Below, piece after piece: positions 25,991 through 36,939 of a stretch of DNA of 64,000 nt (the stretch's first letter is position 1; each line of letters opens with the position of its first letter). The stretch is taken from NCBI GenBank assembly GCA_030390025.1, contig CM059431.1, positions 128,652,001 to 128,716,000 on the forward strand, in the 5' to 3' direction. The DNA is from Squalus acanthias. Its lineage: Eukaryota. Position numbers and translations under genes: made by a program. The notes beneath the pieces were generated by a model. That model was not told where the DNA came from. It did not search any database and saw only the letters and a list, made by a program, of their open reading frames with translations.

Positions 25991-27484
25991 ATGAAGATAT
26001 TCTGGGGTAGTGGGAATGTAATGGTTAATTATACAGTTCTGTTCTTCAAGCGGGGAAGCAGTGTTCAAAGGAACTATGGGCCAGTAATAGGGTTACAGCA
26101 TTGTAGCCTGGATTTCTACTTTACTTCCATAAAAGTAGACAGGCCAGCAGGATGTTTGGCTAAAACTTACAAAATTGGGCAAGCCAGCAGTTCTTAAAGT
26201 GCTCCTACTCACCATTAAAGATTTGCTGCCAGTCATTGTTCTAGAGAGAACAGGTTTGTGATTAGCACGTGTACAATGAAGGCAGTACCGAAGTCTCCAG
26301 CCTTTATTAATTCCTCTTTAGAGCTGTTGCTGCAGGAAGTGAAGTGAAGGAGGATGCTGAAGAACGTCCACCTGTAAAGGCTGTGATGGATGCTGAATGA
26401 GTGGACGTCGCTGACTGAGTGAATGTAGTCTCCCCGGCACCATAATTGGAAGCAAATGAAGAAAACATCCAGTGACACTGGGAGAAGTGCTAAGGTAAAG
26501 GTCAACACCTTTGTACACTTTCCTTCAACAAGGCATGGACCCAATGTAAATGTCCATCCGCTGGACATTCAAGGAGATAACCATTCATACATACAGTATT
26601 TACCCCTCTTTACAACACACCTTTATTCCACAGAAGTTGCATGGCATATTTGCAGTGGGGATCAATAGTACCATGCACATAGATCTTTACACGTCACATG
26701 CAAAAGCTAAGGTGAAGTGGTCAGGACACAAGGTGCTGTTCGGGGTACTCAGGTGCTTGCTAAAATATTCATAAATGAGCTATACATTTTCAAAGAAGCA
26801 TACTGCACTTAAAAGCCTTATGATCCTACATGTCTTGGAATCCATTCTATTAAATTAAAAACAGAGAAAAATACTCACTAGGACAGTTGTACTGTCTCTG
26901 TAAACTTACGACTATCTGAAAACCTCTTTGATTCATATTGTAGCAATTTTCAGCTCAGGAAGGCTTACTGAAAAACATTTTCCTACCACATTGCTAATTT
27001 GCTCACCAATTTAAATTTTGTATCGGTATTAACTGGCTTTTGTATGCTTAATGCCCCCAATTCAGTCCTTAATGATTGTCCTTTGACATTTCCAACTGTT
27101 CATTACTAAATCCCTCAATATCATTAGAAATATTTTCCCTACAGCTGGTGTTAAACATATCAGTCAGCAGATTAAAGATTCTTCATGAATAATATTGCAT
27201 GGTTAAAATCTGAAGACTTATTTTTCAAATGGAATTGTATAAACAAAGAAGTTAGTGCTCAGATATTGGTGAGTCATAATTTATAACTTCTCAACTTGCA
27301 TAATATTCTGCTGTTAAGGTCTTCCCAGATAGAATCCCAGATGTTAGGTGAAATCCATCCTTTTGTATTTATTTAAAGGGCTGCCATATTTGTGACTGCA
27401 AATCGACTGCAACACTTTCTAAAGCAACAGAGTTGAAGAATTTAAACAAGGTGATCTTCAAACAAAAGCTTCTATTTAAACGTT

Positions 27485-28128
27485 GGGGCAGATATTCCGA
27501 TCCCTACTGGTGTGTACGCGCTGTGTAACCACCCGTAGGGCCAACGGAAATGCCGGTTTCAGGCATGCACTGCGCATGTGCTGGAAACCGGCATTTCCGA
27601 TCTGTCAAGAAAGCTCTTGACAGATCCTCCGCCTGCCCGGGAGCAGGGCCTCTGCGGGTGGAGAGTTACATTTTTTGGAGACCCTCCGCCCGCAGAAAAC
27701 ACTTACAATTCTTGCGCCTGGTAAAAGCAGGCATAAGGCCTCCTTTTACCAGGATAAGAGTTGAAAATTTTTGTTTACAATACTTAACTTATTGTAATTT
27801 AAAGTCATTTTAAAAATGTGATTTTTTTAAAAATTTATTTAAGTTTTACTATGTTTCGGGGGTGATCTCTATTCATATATTGACAGGTCTTCCTGTCAAA
27901 TGTATGAAGGGAGATTCCCTTCTCTGATTGGCTCCCCATGGCCCACGTGATCCCAGGGACGCTGCAAACCACCTGCGCCTCTGGGATACGTGGGCCCTGC
28001 GCACCTGGCAGTTTGGAGAGGCCCAGCAACGGAACTCTGCGCCTCCCGGGAGCCTCCGGTCCAGGCGCAGATTTTTCCAGATCGCAGCCCTCCGCCCGCC
28101 GGAGGCCTGCGAACGGGATTTCTGGGCC
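27485..28128. mobile_element. Harbinger-type MITE related to family 3
   Basis: Imperfect TIR GGGGCAGATATTCC / GGATTTCTGGGCC; shares the GCCGGTTTC..GCGCATG..GAAACCGGC palindrome and CCCACGTGATCCCAG with 42980-43743. Confidence 0.7.
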
Positions 28129-28168
28129 AATATTTTGTCAAGATCTAGTTACTCCTGTTAAAAACATT

Positions 28169-28932
28169 GGCCCAGAAATTTGACTCGGAGGCTTGCCGCG
28201 GGGTTAAGGATCGCGCGTGATATCACATACTGCGTCTGCTGTCCTTATTTGCCCCCGCAGGAACTTCTGGTCCTGGGCCTCTCCCTAGTGCTGGCGCGCA
28301 GTGTGTGTGTGTCCCAGGGGCGCAGTTAGTGCGATGCGACCTCTGGGATCACGTGGGCCATGGCGAGCCAATGGCAGCAGACCATCTTTCATTCATAGAT
28401 TTGACAGAAGACCTGTCAAATCTATTAATTGAAATCGGCCCCAAAAGAACAGTTAAACCTCAAATAATTTTTTTTTTAAAAACCATCACATTAATAAAAT
28501 AACTATAGTTAAATAAATTAACCACTTTAAAAAAAATGTAAATTTTTGAAAAAATTAAAAAATGTTTTTAAAGTTTTAAAAATAAACTTATCTTTCTTTA
28601 AAGTCTCTAAAAAAGATAAATCTGTTGAAAAAAATTTAAAATTATACTTAATTAACTACTTACCTTGTTCAAAAGGGGTCTTACGCCTCCTTTTTACTTG
28701 TGTAGAATCTTCCATACTTACCCTCGCGTTGAAACCTGAAAAAAACCTAAGTGTGCTGCGTGCGTGCAGCCTCTAGTGCGCACGCGGTTCACCTAGGAAC
28801 CGCCCCCTTCGCCATACCGGAAGTGCCGGTTTCCCGCGCATGCGCAGTGCATGCAGGAAACCGGCACTTCGGGAACGAATACGGGTGAGTACGCACTGAG
28901 TAGTCACCCGTTCTCGGCCGAATTTTTGGGCC
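28169..28932. mobile_element. Harbinger-type MITE, family 3
   Basis: TIR GGCCCAGAAATT...AATTTTTGGGCC with ATT TSD on both sides; inverted near-copy at 42980-43743. Confidence 0.9.
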
Positions 28933-29431
28933 ATTATGGCCAAGAGTTTCCACTTTTTGTGCAATCAACGATCCGGGCACAAATTGCGCTAAAAATTGTA
29001 CTAGTTTTCGCGAAGCGAATTATTTGCTCAAGTTTCCGCTCAAACTCAGTTGCATATCACCGAACATAAAGGCCGGAATTTTCTGAACCGGAGCGGGTCG
29101 GGTGCGGGAAGTCGCAAGTGGCAGGTCGCGACCCTGTTCCTCATTCCATTCCACTCCTGATATCGACTTTCCCTAAATGGCGCCTATTAAGGCAGCCTTG
29201 CACATTACCCGGCCCTATTAAATGGTGCGGATCTGATGATGTCATCGATGACACGTTTTCAGCTGGGCAATTGCAGACCAATAAATTAAATCATCCTGAC
29301 TATCTGCCGAGGTGTGATAAAGTTAATTAAGTCATATTTAAAGGAGCCATGGCCACATTGCATTTGAAGGTTCATCTAGGAGTGTGCAGGCAGCACACTG
29401 GACAAATCGACTGCTGCAAAGAGTTCCAGAC

Positions 29432-31238
29432 ATGACTGCACAGAGGCAGAGGGCTGCATCCAGGTTCTCCAATGACACCCTCCATATGCTTGTGAAGGGA
29501 GTGAGAGCATGCAGGGAGGTCCTCTTCCCTTCGAATGGGCGGAAGAGACCTCCCCAGGAGACAAAACAAGCCTGGCTCCAAATTGCAGAGGAGGTCAACA
29601 GCAGGGGTGTGGTCAGGAGGACCTGGGTGCAGTGCAGGAAGCGTTTCATTGATCTCATTAGATCAGGAAAGGTGAGTACAAAGTCACACTCAACTTCATC
29701 CTCTGCGCCTCTCATCACATCCCATCACTCTGCCTTCCCAACCCTGCTCCTGCACATCCTTACTCACCCCAACATACCTTGCACATCCACTCATCCCTCT
29801 CTCTCTATCTACATTATCACATCCCCATCTGACTAGCCAGCCCGCACATGCACCCTCATCCTAATGCAATCAACCAACTAACAACACACAAGGAGGCCAC
29901 TTGGCATTGGCACCCCACTCCATCATAGTCTCCCTCTAAAGATGTAACCCATCCATTCCTTACACTCATTCCATCACTCTCACTCAATCTTCTCTTCTTT
30001 CCCTCCTTGCAGGAAAAGAGAGCGTACAATAAGAGGGAGAGGAAGAGAATCAGAGGTGGCCCTCCATCATTGGCCACCCTAACAGCAGCAGAGGAGGCTG
30101 CCTTGGAAGTGTCTGGAGTGGCCGACCAGCTGGAGGTGGGAGACGGAGAGGGGGGACATCTCAACAACCTGGTGACAGAATTACATATCATACAGCTGCA
30201 TGGCATACAGCAGTCACTCATATGGGGACTGATGTCAGCAGCAAGTGAATGTTCATCATGTGCATAATGGTATCTGTACCCATTCTTCATACAACATATT
30301 TAACTCATCTCTTTACTCTCCCAGAGGTACATCAAGAGCACCCTCCTACTGTCCAGGAGGAAGACGAAGATGACTCCTCAGAGGAGCCTCTAGCTTCTGA
30401 GGGCACACCATCAACAGACATAAGCACACCCAGCACCAGCGCAGATACCCACACCTCGGTGGGTCCCACGCAAGATAGAGTAGTGTTGTCACCTGGAGTC
30501 TCACAAGTCACAAGTGAGCAAGAGCAGATGGTGGAGACAGGGACGGCTGTGGAGACTCCTCGCCAGAGGGTGCAGGAGGCTCCCAGCTCTGCTCACCTGC
30601 ATGCAGATGCTGAGCCTCGGGAGCCATTCAGCAAGAGGGCGATCCTGGAGGTGCAGCAAGAAGTGCAGGAGGTGGCAAGTTTTGCGAGTGCAATGTCTGC
30701 AAATGTGCAGAGAATGGAGGAGTCCATCTCCAACATGAGCACCACCGTGTCCCCGGCGATCGCGACTGTAGGCTCTTCCATGGATAGGATGGCCACCTAC
30801 ATGGAGCAGCTGATGCGCCACTCACAGGAGCACATGGTCTCTATGGAGAATAGATGGCTATCTATGGAGAATAGATGGCAGAGGATCATAGACTTCCTCT
30901 CTAGGAGGGATGTCAACATAGAGGTGAGACCTCATGGCCCCACTGATGTGCAGCAAGGTGCTCTCCAGCTCCTTGCTAGCAGGGAAGTGAGGGTGGCCCA
31001 CGAGAGGGATGATGATGAGAGGGGACATGGAAGCGGGGCTCCTCTCAAATACTCAAATTTCTCCCCCATTGCCCGCCCCCCACCCCCGGGTCAGAGCCTC
31101 AGATGGCTCCTCGGATCACGATGGCCGAGTCTGCCCCGTACAGTCGCAGGAGGGGAAGACTTTGGCGGGACCATCACAGGCTCCAAAACCCAGAGGACAT
31201 CCGCCAAAAGTGTCTATGCAGTCGCAGCAGGGAAGTGA
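29432..31238 (+). CDS. Harbinger Myb/SANT-like DNA-binding protein, predicted exons 29432-29671, 30013-30171, 30327-31238 (436 aa; ancestral C-terminus frameshifted, ending 31320)
   Basis: MTAQRQRAASRFSNDTLHMLVKGV..AWLQIAEEVNSRGVVRRTWVQCRKRFIDL; donor AAG|GTGAGT; acceptor TTGCAG; the third acceptor is GAG here (CAG in copy B); 240+159+912 nt is open. Probably no longer functional. Confidence 0.65.
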
Positions 31239-31322
31239 GCAGGCTGCCTCTACCTCTGCTGAAAGCACAGGGGTAGCACCTCGTAGAAGCACATATAAGA
31301 GGAGGATGAAACACAAGTAGAT

Positions 31323-31655
31323 TCATAGAAACATAGAAACATAGAATCTAGGAGCAGGAGTAGGCCATTCGGCCCGTCGAGCCTGCTCCGCCATTCAATA
31401 CGATCATGGCTGATCATCCAAATCCAGTACCCTGTCCCTGCTTTAATCCCCACAGTACACATATCCCACCCTACCCCCGTAACCCCACGTATTTAATTCC
31501 CCCTAACATATCCCATCCTATCCCCATAACCCCACATATTTAATCCCCCCTAACACTAAGGGTCAATTTATCATAGCCAAATCAACCTAACCCACACATT
31601 TTTGGACTGTGGGAGGAAACCGGAGCACCCGGAGGAAACCCACGCAGACACGGGT
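31323..31655 (-). mobile_element. HE1/V-SINE-like SINE with CR1-derived tail, 5'-truncated
   Basis: TTTTGGACTGTGGGAGGAAACCGGAGCACCCGGAGGAAACCCACGCAGACACGGG is the reverse of the V-domain core; CR1-type tail with (CATAGAAA)n. Confidence 0.8.
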
Positions 31656-31801
31656 AGCCACTTGGGTGTATGTTTCCGTAAAGTTTCCGTTACTGTGATG
31701 TCACAGATAAAAATCTTTATTTTCACCAGTTTCCAGTCATAGACAAATTTGTGTGCATTTTTGGAAGTGGCTTAGTGAGTTGGAGTGAATGGTGAGACAT
31801 A

Positions 31802-32062
31802 GGGCTGGATTTTGATACTGGGGCGGGTTGGGGTTGTGTCATCCGCATTTCGTGTTATCCACCCGACTGCAATTGGATGTGGGAGATTGATGCAATTTTC
31901 ACTTAATTGGGCATTTGAGTTCCAGCATGTGGGAACCCATGAACCAATTAGTGGTTTCAGTCTGAAAGTCGCCTCTGATGATGTCATCATTGTTGCTGCA
32001 TTGCAGGTCAGAGACTGCCTGGCCTTTGCTGTGAGAGGACCTGGATGCAAAATGAGCAGCAT

Positions 32063-32104
<42 letters not shown>

Positions 32105-32579
32105 GAGAAAGAGAGAGACATTTTTTCCATCCAGGTCCTCTCACAGCAAAGGCGAGGCAGTCTCTGAAGACATTCAATGCAGCAGCATCAGAGGCGACTT
32201 TCAGACCTAATACTACTACTACCTTCATCACATCTCCATTGTAATAGTGGACCTGCAGCTGATAGTCAGCTATCCACTTGTGCTCCCGCCAGGTTTCACT
32301 GGCGTGTTTCAGATCAGGTGTGCTTCACGTGGGAAAAGGGTTAAACTAGCTAAAATGTTTCAGAATGGCATTACAGAGCCAATTTAGGGCTTGTTAAGGG
32401 CTTTAATGGCCTCTCCCGCCTCTTGGAGGTGGGACGGAGACGGGAACACCGCACATGATTTCATCAAAATTGCGTGGAGGCAGAATGGAGGCGGGATCGG
32501 GTCCGCCCGCCACTTTTTGCAATTTTAGCCCCCCACACGCCTCCAAACCCGCCTCCACGGGTCTATGAAAATCCAGCCC
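31802..32579. mobile_element. Harbinger-type MITE nested in element C
   Basis: TIR GGGCTGGATTTT...AAAATCCAGCCC; TSD ATA (31799-31801 / 32580-32582). Confidence 0.9.
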
Positions 32580-32714
32580 ATAACGTTACCTCCAGCAATG
32601 GTGGTGAGTGTGAAAGGAATGGCATGGTCATTGTAGGGATGCTTTATGGCGTTGCTGTGGGGTGGTGCCAACCTGGTGCAGCATGTGGCAGCCATATGGG
32701 TGTAATGCGTAAAG

Positions 32715-33956
32715 TTAAGTAACTCTGGCCATGATGAGCCCATCCCTGGCCTCCCGGACAGCAATGTGCTCGGGTGCTGGTGGGATCTGGACCGCAGGTT
32801 CCTCCTGCTCCTCCTCCTCTTCATTTTCCAGCTGATGCTCCTCCTCCTCCTCCTCCTCCGAAGAGGCTGTGCACTCAGTGCCTTGCTCTTCATACAGCGC
32901 TAATCCTCGCTGCTGCGCTATGTTGTACAGGGTGCAGTAGATCACGATGATTCTGGAGATCCTGGCAGGTGGGTACTGAAGGGCCCCTCCAGATCTGTCA
33001 AGGCATCTGATGCGGATTTTCAGCATGCATATTCTCTGCTCTACGACACATCTGATGGAAATGTGGCTTTCATTATATATCTCCTTGGCCTCAATACTTG
33101 GCCTCCTCAAATATGTCATGAGCCACGTCTTCAGTGTGATTGCCCTTGTCTCCAAGCAGCCTGCGGAAAGTCTGTTTGGAGGAGCGAAGAGCTGAGGGAG
33201 GGTGGACTGGCGCAGGATGGAAGAGTCATGACAGCTGCCAGGGAATTTTGCGCTCACATGCATGATGATCTTCCTATGGTTGCAGACGAGTTGCACATTG
33301 AGGGAGTGGAAGCCCTTGCGGTTGACAAAGACTCCTGGGTGATGATGGGGTGCCCTGATGGCCACATGTGTGCAATCGATGACACCCTGCACATGTGGGA
33401 AGCTAGCCAGAGTGGCAAAGCTGAGCGCCCGCTCAGTAACACTGACTTCATCAGTGGCAAAGTTGATATAATTGGCTGACTTGTCAAACAGGGCATTGGT
33501 GACCTGTGTGATGCATCTGTGGGCGGCCGACTGCAATACGCCACAAATGTCTGCTGCAGATCCCTGGAAGGAGCCTGAGGCGAAGAAGTTGAGGGCACTG
33601 GTGACTTTGACAGCCACTGGTAAGGCGTGTCCACCCGCTCCTCTGGGCTGCAGGTCTTTCTCCATCAATGTGCAAATGCCTGCGATGACCTGGCGCGATA
33701 GCCTGAGCCTCGTTTGGCACTGCTGCTCAGTCATGTTGAGGAAGCTCATCCTCTGCCTGTATGCCCTGTGTTGGGGGTATCGCCTCCGGCACGGTGCAGC
33801 CCTGCGCTGATGCCCTCTGTCCTGTGCAGCGTCAGGTATTTGAGGAGAGTGTTGGTGGTGTTGTTGGTGCTGCTTGTGTGCCTGGTGCTGCTGGTATTGG
33901 GGCTCATCTTGGTCCGATTCTGAGGAGCAAGGCAAGACAGTATAAACGGCAGCCAT
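32715..33956 (-). CDS. HARBI1-like (DDE_Tnp_4) Harbinger transposase, 413-aa ORF with a locally frameshifted catalytic motif
   Basis: [66 protein letters not shown]-rich N-terminus and acidic C-terminus; LLGDKG is present only in a shifted frame. Confidence 0.9.
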   Translation of the reverse strand: MAAVYTVLPCSSESDQDEPQYQQHQAHKQHQQHHQHSPQIPDAAQDRGHQRRAAPCRRRYPQHRAYRQRMSFLNMTEQQCQTRLRLSRQVIAGICTLMEKDLQPRGAGGHALPVAVKVTSALNFFASGSFQGSAADICGVLQSAAHRCITQVTNALFDKSANYINFATDEVSVTERALSFATLASFPHVQGVIDCTHVAIRAPHHHPGVFVNRKGFHSLNVQLVCNHRKIIMHVSAKFPGSCHDSSILRQSTLPQLFAPPNRLSAGCLETRAITLKTWLMTYLRRPSIEAKEIYNESHISIRCVVEQRICMLKIRIRCLDRSGGALQYPPARISRIIVIYCTLYNIAQQRGLALYEEQGTECTASSEEEEEEEHQLENEEEEEQEEPAVQIPPAPEHIAVREARDGLIMARVT

Positions 33957-34659
33957 GCTGATGGACCAGATGGCAGGTTAAGTACAGATGACAGAAGCAA
34001 TCTGTCAATGGTGTGATAGGTTCTACCAATGAAGTGACAGTGCATGCCGACTTTGATGGAAACACTCGCAACCTCTAGAAAGCTAAATCTGTGCTGACAA
34101 TGCAGTCAGCAACAGCATCTGCCTTAGGAAAGTGATCAGCTGTGAGGTGGAAGTTTTAATGTACTGTCATGCTATGCACTAATGAGCTGGATCAATGGCC
34201 ACTCAACTTCTGCCTCAGGTTCACAGACGTGGTTCCCTAGCCGTGCTTATCCATGGAAATTTGAAAGATAGGGTTACAAAGATGCTTAAGGGTCTGACAA
34301 GTACCTAATAAGAATTTAAATTAGCTCGCCCTCCTCTGCCGTTCAGGTCATGGCCGTGCCGGCAAACGCACCAAGGGAAAGGCGTGTGGGTGCAGGATGA
34401 CGGTGGGTTCCCGACCTGCTGCAAGATATTTCAAATTTCCCACCCGACTCGCCTCCAATCGCGCCTGCACCGACCCCAGAAAATTCCGGCCAAAATCTTT
34501 TATGAACCAGCCCAATCGGGCAACTTTTTAGCATGTAATTTATAAAAAATATTTGCATGAAAACTATTCGTTGGTATATTTAAGGGTGGTAACCTGGTAG
34601 AGTTTTATTAATACAGCTGAAAATCGGTTTATCATAAAAAAAAAGATATTAAATTATAA

Positions 34660-35940
34660 TACTAGATTGATTCCTGGGATGAGAGGGTTGTCTGATGAGG
34701 AGAGATTGAGTAGATTGGGCCTATACTCTCTGGAGTTCAGAAGAGTGAGAGGTGATCTCATTGAAACATATATATAGGGGGAAAAATTCTGTTGGTTAGC
34801 GCCTCCCATTAGCACCTCCAGGAGGCGCTAACGGGGCGCTAGGAACTTAGCGCCCGAGTGCGGCGATTTTGGCGCCGCTCGCGAAATTGACCAGTCGTTT
34901 TGCAGCAGCGCTAAACACTACCGTCACGATCTCCTGTGCCCGCAGATCGTGACATCAGTCAAGCGTGCAACGCCCCGGTAGCGCCCCAGACCAGATATTA
35001 AGTCGTGCCCCCTGCCTTAGCGCCTGCTGCTAGGAATGACAGGTAGAGGGGAACGTTTTCAAGTCGGGAAGGGGCTGGGGGAGCGCTATTTATAGGCGGG
35101 CGCTTCCTGCCATTTCTTGTCGGCAAAATTTTTGGTTTTAACGCTGTCTACAGGAGTTTTGGCCCTCAGCACCACTTTTGAGGTTCCAAAGCGCTGAGCT
35201 CTTTCCCTGGGCCTATCCATTAGTGCTTCCAACAAAATTGCTTTTGAGGTCTCTCCAGGCTGAGATTCAAGGCTGCAATGAGCAGGGTGTGTCTGGCCAG
35301 CAAGAACTGGATGGCGCCAGTCTGTCTGGCTTCCATGGTAATTGGCATCGCCTGAGCTTCGGTAGCGTTCGGAGGTAGTGCCTCGCTGCCCGACGTTTGT
35401 GCCTTAAGAGAGGTGTGTAGCGCCTGATTTAGCGCTCAAATCACCTCCAGGGGCGAAAGAGGCGAATTTTGCAGTCGGAGGCGATAATTAGTGCCGGGTG
35501 CTAAACTTTGCGCCCGGCCGATATTAGCGCCCCAAAATGGGCGATATCAAATTTTTTCCCCATAATATTCTAAAGTGGATGGACAGGGTAGATGTTGAGA
35601 GGTTGTTTCCCCTGACTGGAGAGTCTAGAACTTGGGGGTACAGTCTCAGGATAAGGGGTCGGCCATTTAAGACTGAGATGAGGAGAAATTTCTTCACTCA
35701 GAGGGGTGTGAATCTTTGGAATTCTCTACCCCAGAGGGCTGTGGACGCTGAATCTTTCAGTATATTCAAGGTAGAGATAGATAGATTTTTCGACTCTAGG
35801 GTAATCAAGGGATATGGAGATCGGGCAGGAAAGTGGAGTTGAGGTCAAAGATCAGCCATGATCTTATTAAATGGCGGAGCAGGCTCGAGGGGCTGGATGG
35901 CCTCTGCCTGTTCCTAATTGTTATGTTCTTATGTTCTTAT
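34660..35940 (+). mobile_element. CR1 3' fragment split by MITE 34777-35561
   Basis: RLIPGMRGLSDEERLSRLGLYSLEFRRVRGDLIET resumes after the MITE through RRNFFTQRGVNLWNSLPQ; ends in (TTCTTATG)n. Confidence 0.9.
34777..35561. mobile_element. Harbinger-type MITE, family 1 (inverted relative to 4197-5080)
   Basis: TIR GGGGGAAAAATT...AATTTTTTCCCC with ATA on both sides. Confidence 0.85.
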
Positions 35941-36479
35941 TTTAATCACAGTGTCTAGTCCACCACCTGTGAGCTACCTGATTTTAAATAACTGAAAATT
36001 ACATTAAAAAACGATACATAATCATTTACTAGTTTCATTGGTGTACAGTAGTCATTTACCTAGTAATTTTTTTAAATATATATTTGAAAGCTTTAAAAAG
36101 GTGCCTATTAGTGCCCTTGCGAAACCACCTTAATTTTAAGAGCCTCCTCGAAGGTCCGCATACTGCTGCAATTAGCGGAAACTCGCCATGGTGATTAATT
36201 TGATTGGGGGCGTGGTCAGTTTTGTGGGCGGGGCCGGCTTCTAGTGTGGTGTTTTTTGAACTAGATCATGGAAACTTGATCTGAACTGGATGTAATTTGC
36301 GCTTGAAATTCCTTGATCTTCTGCGCTGGTTTGGCTGATTTCTAGAAAATTGTGCTGCAAATACCAGTGCAATCTAGTGGAAATTCCAGGTGTGTGTTCC
36401 AGTCTTAGTGTTTTCTCCTGACGATTTTTGCTGGACAGTCGGCTTTTTATCAAAATTCAAAACAGGCAGGTGAAGTTTG

Positions 36480-36850
36480 TATTTTTTTTGTTTATTAATT
36501 CACAGGATGTGGGCGCGCTGGCAAGGCCAGCATTTATTGCCCTTAACTGAGTGGCATGCTCGGCCATTTCAGAGGGCAGTTAAGAATCAACCACATTGCT
36601 GTGGGTCTGGAGTCACGTATAGGCCAGACCAGGTAAGAATGGCAGATTTCCCTCCCTAAAGGACATTAGTGAACCAGATGGGTTTTTACGACAATCCAGT
36701 AGTTACATGGTCACCATTACTGATACTAGCTTTTTATTCCAGATTTATTTATTAACTAAATTTAATTGCCCCAGCTACCAGAGTGGGATTTGAACTCTCA
36801 TCCCCGGATCATTCGTCAGGCCTCCAGTAACATAACCACTATGCTACCAC
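36480..36850 (-). mobile_element. tRNA-derived SINE
   Basis: Minus-strand head GTGGTAGCATAGTGGTTA (A box)...GAGTTCAAATCCCAC (B box) and an A-rich tail. Confidence 0.7.
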
Positions 36851-36939
36851 TTTTGGAGCAGGTCTCATTTTCTGGGCCACACACAATCTCAGAGAACACA
36901 AATTATCTTAAGTATAGAGACTCCTAGGTTTCTCACTTA

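Larger units (their letters stand above)
29071..34491. mobile_element. Full-length PIF/Harbinger DNA transposon (element C)
   Basis: Perfect 15-bp TIR GGCCGGAATTTTCTG (29071) / CAGAAAATTCCGGCC (34477-34491); AAA on both flanks; convergent Myb and transposase genes; nested SINE and MITE between them. Confidence 0.95.

Noticed and set aside
32715..33956. Calling this the domesticated host gene HARBI1 (or the Myb ORF NAIF1/MSANTD)
   Set aside because: It lies within TIRs and a TSD, has multiple decayed paralogues nearby and carries a disrupted catalytic motif.
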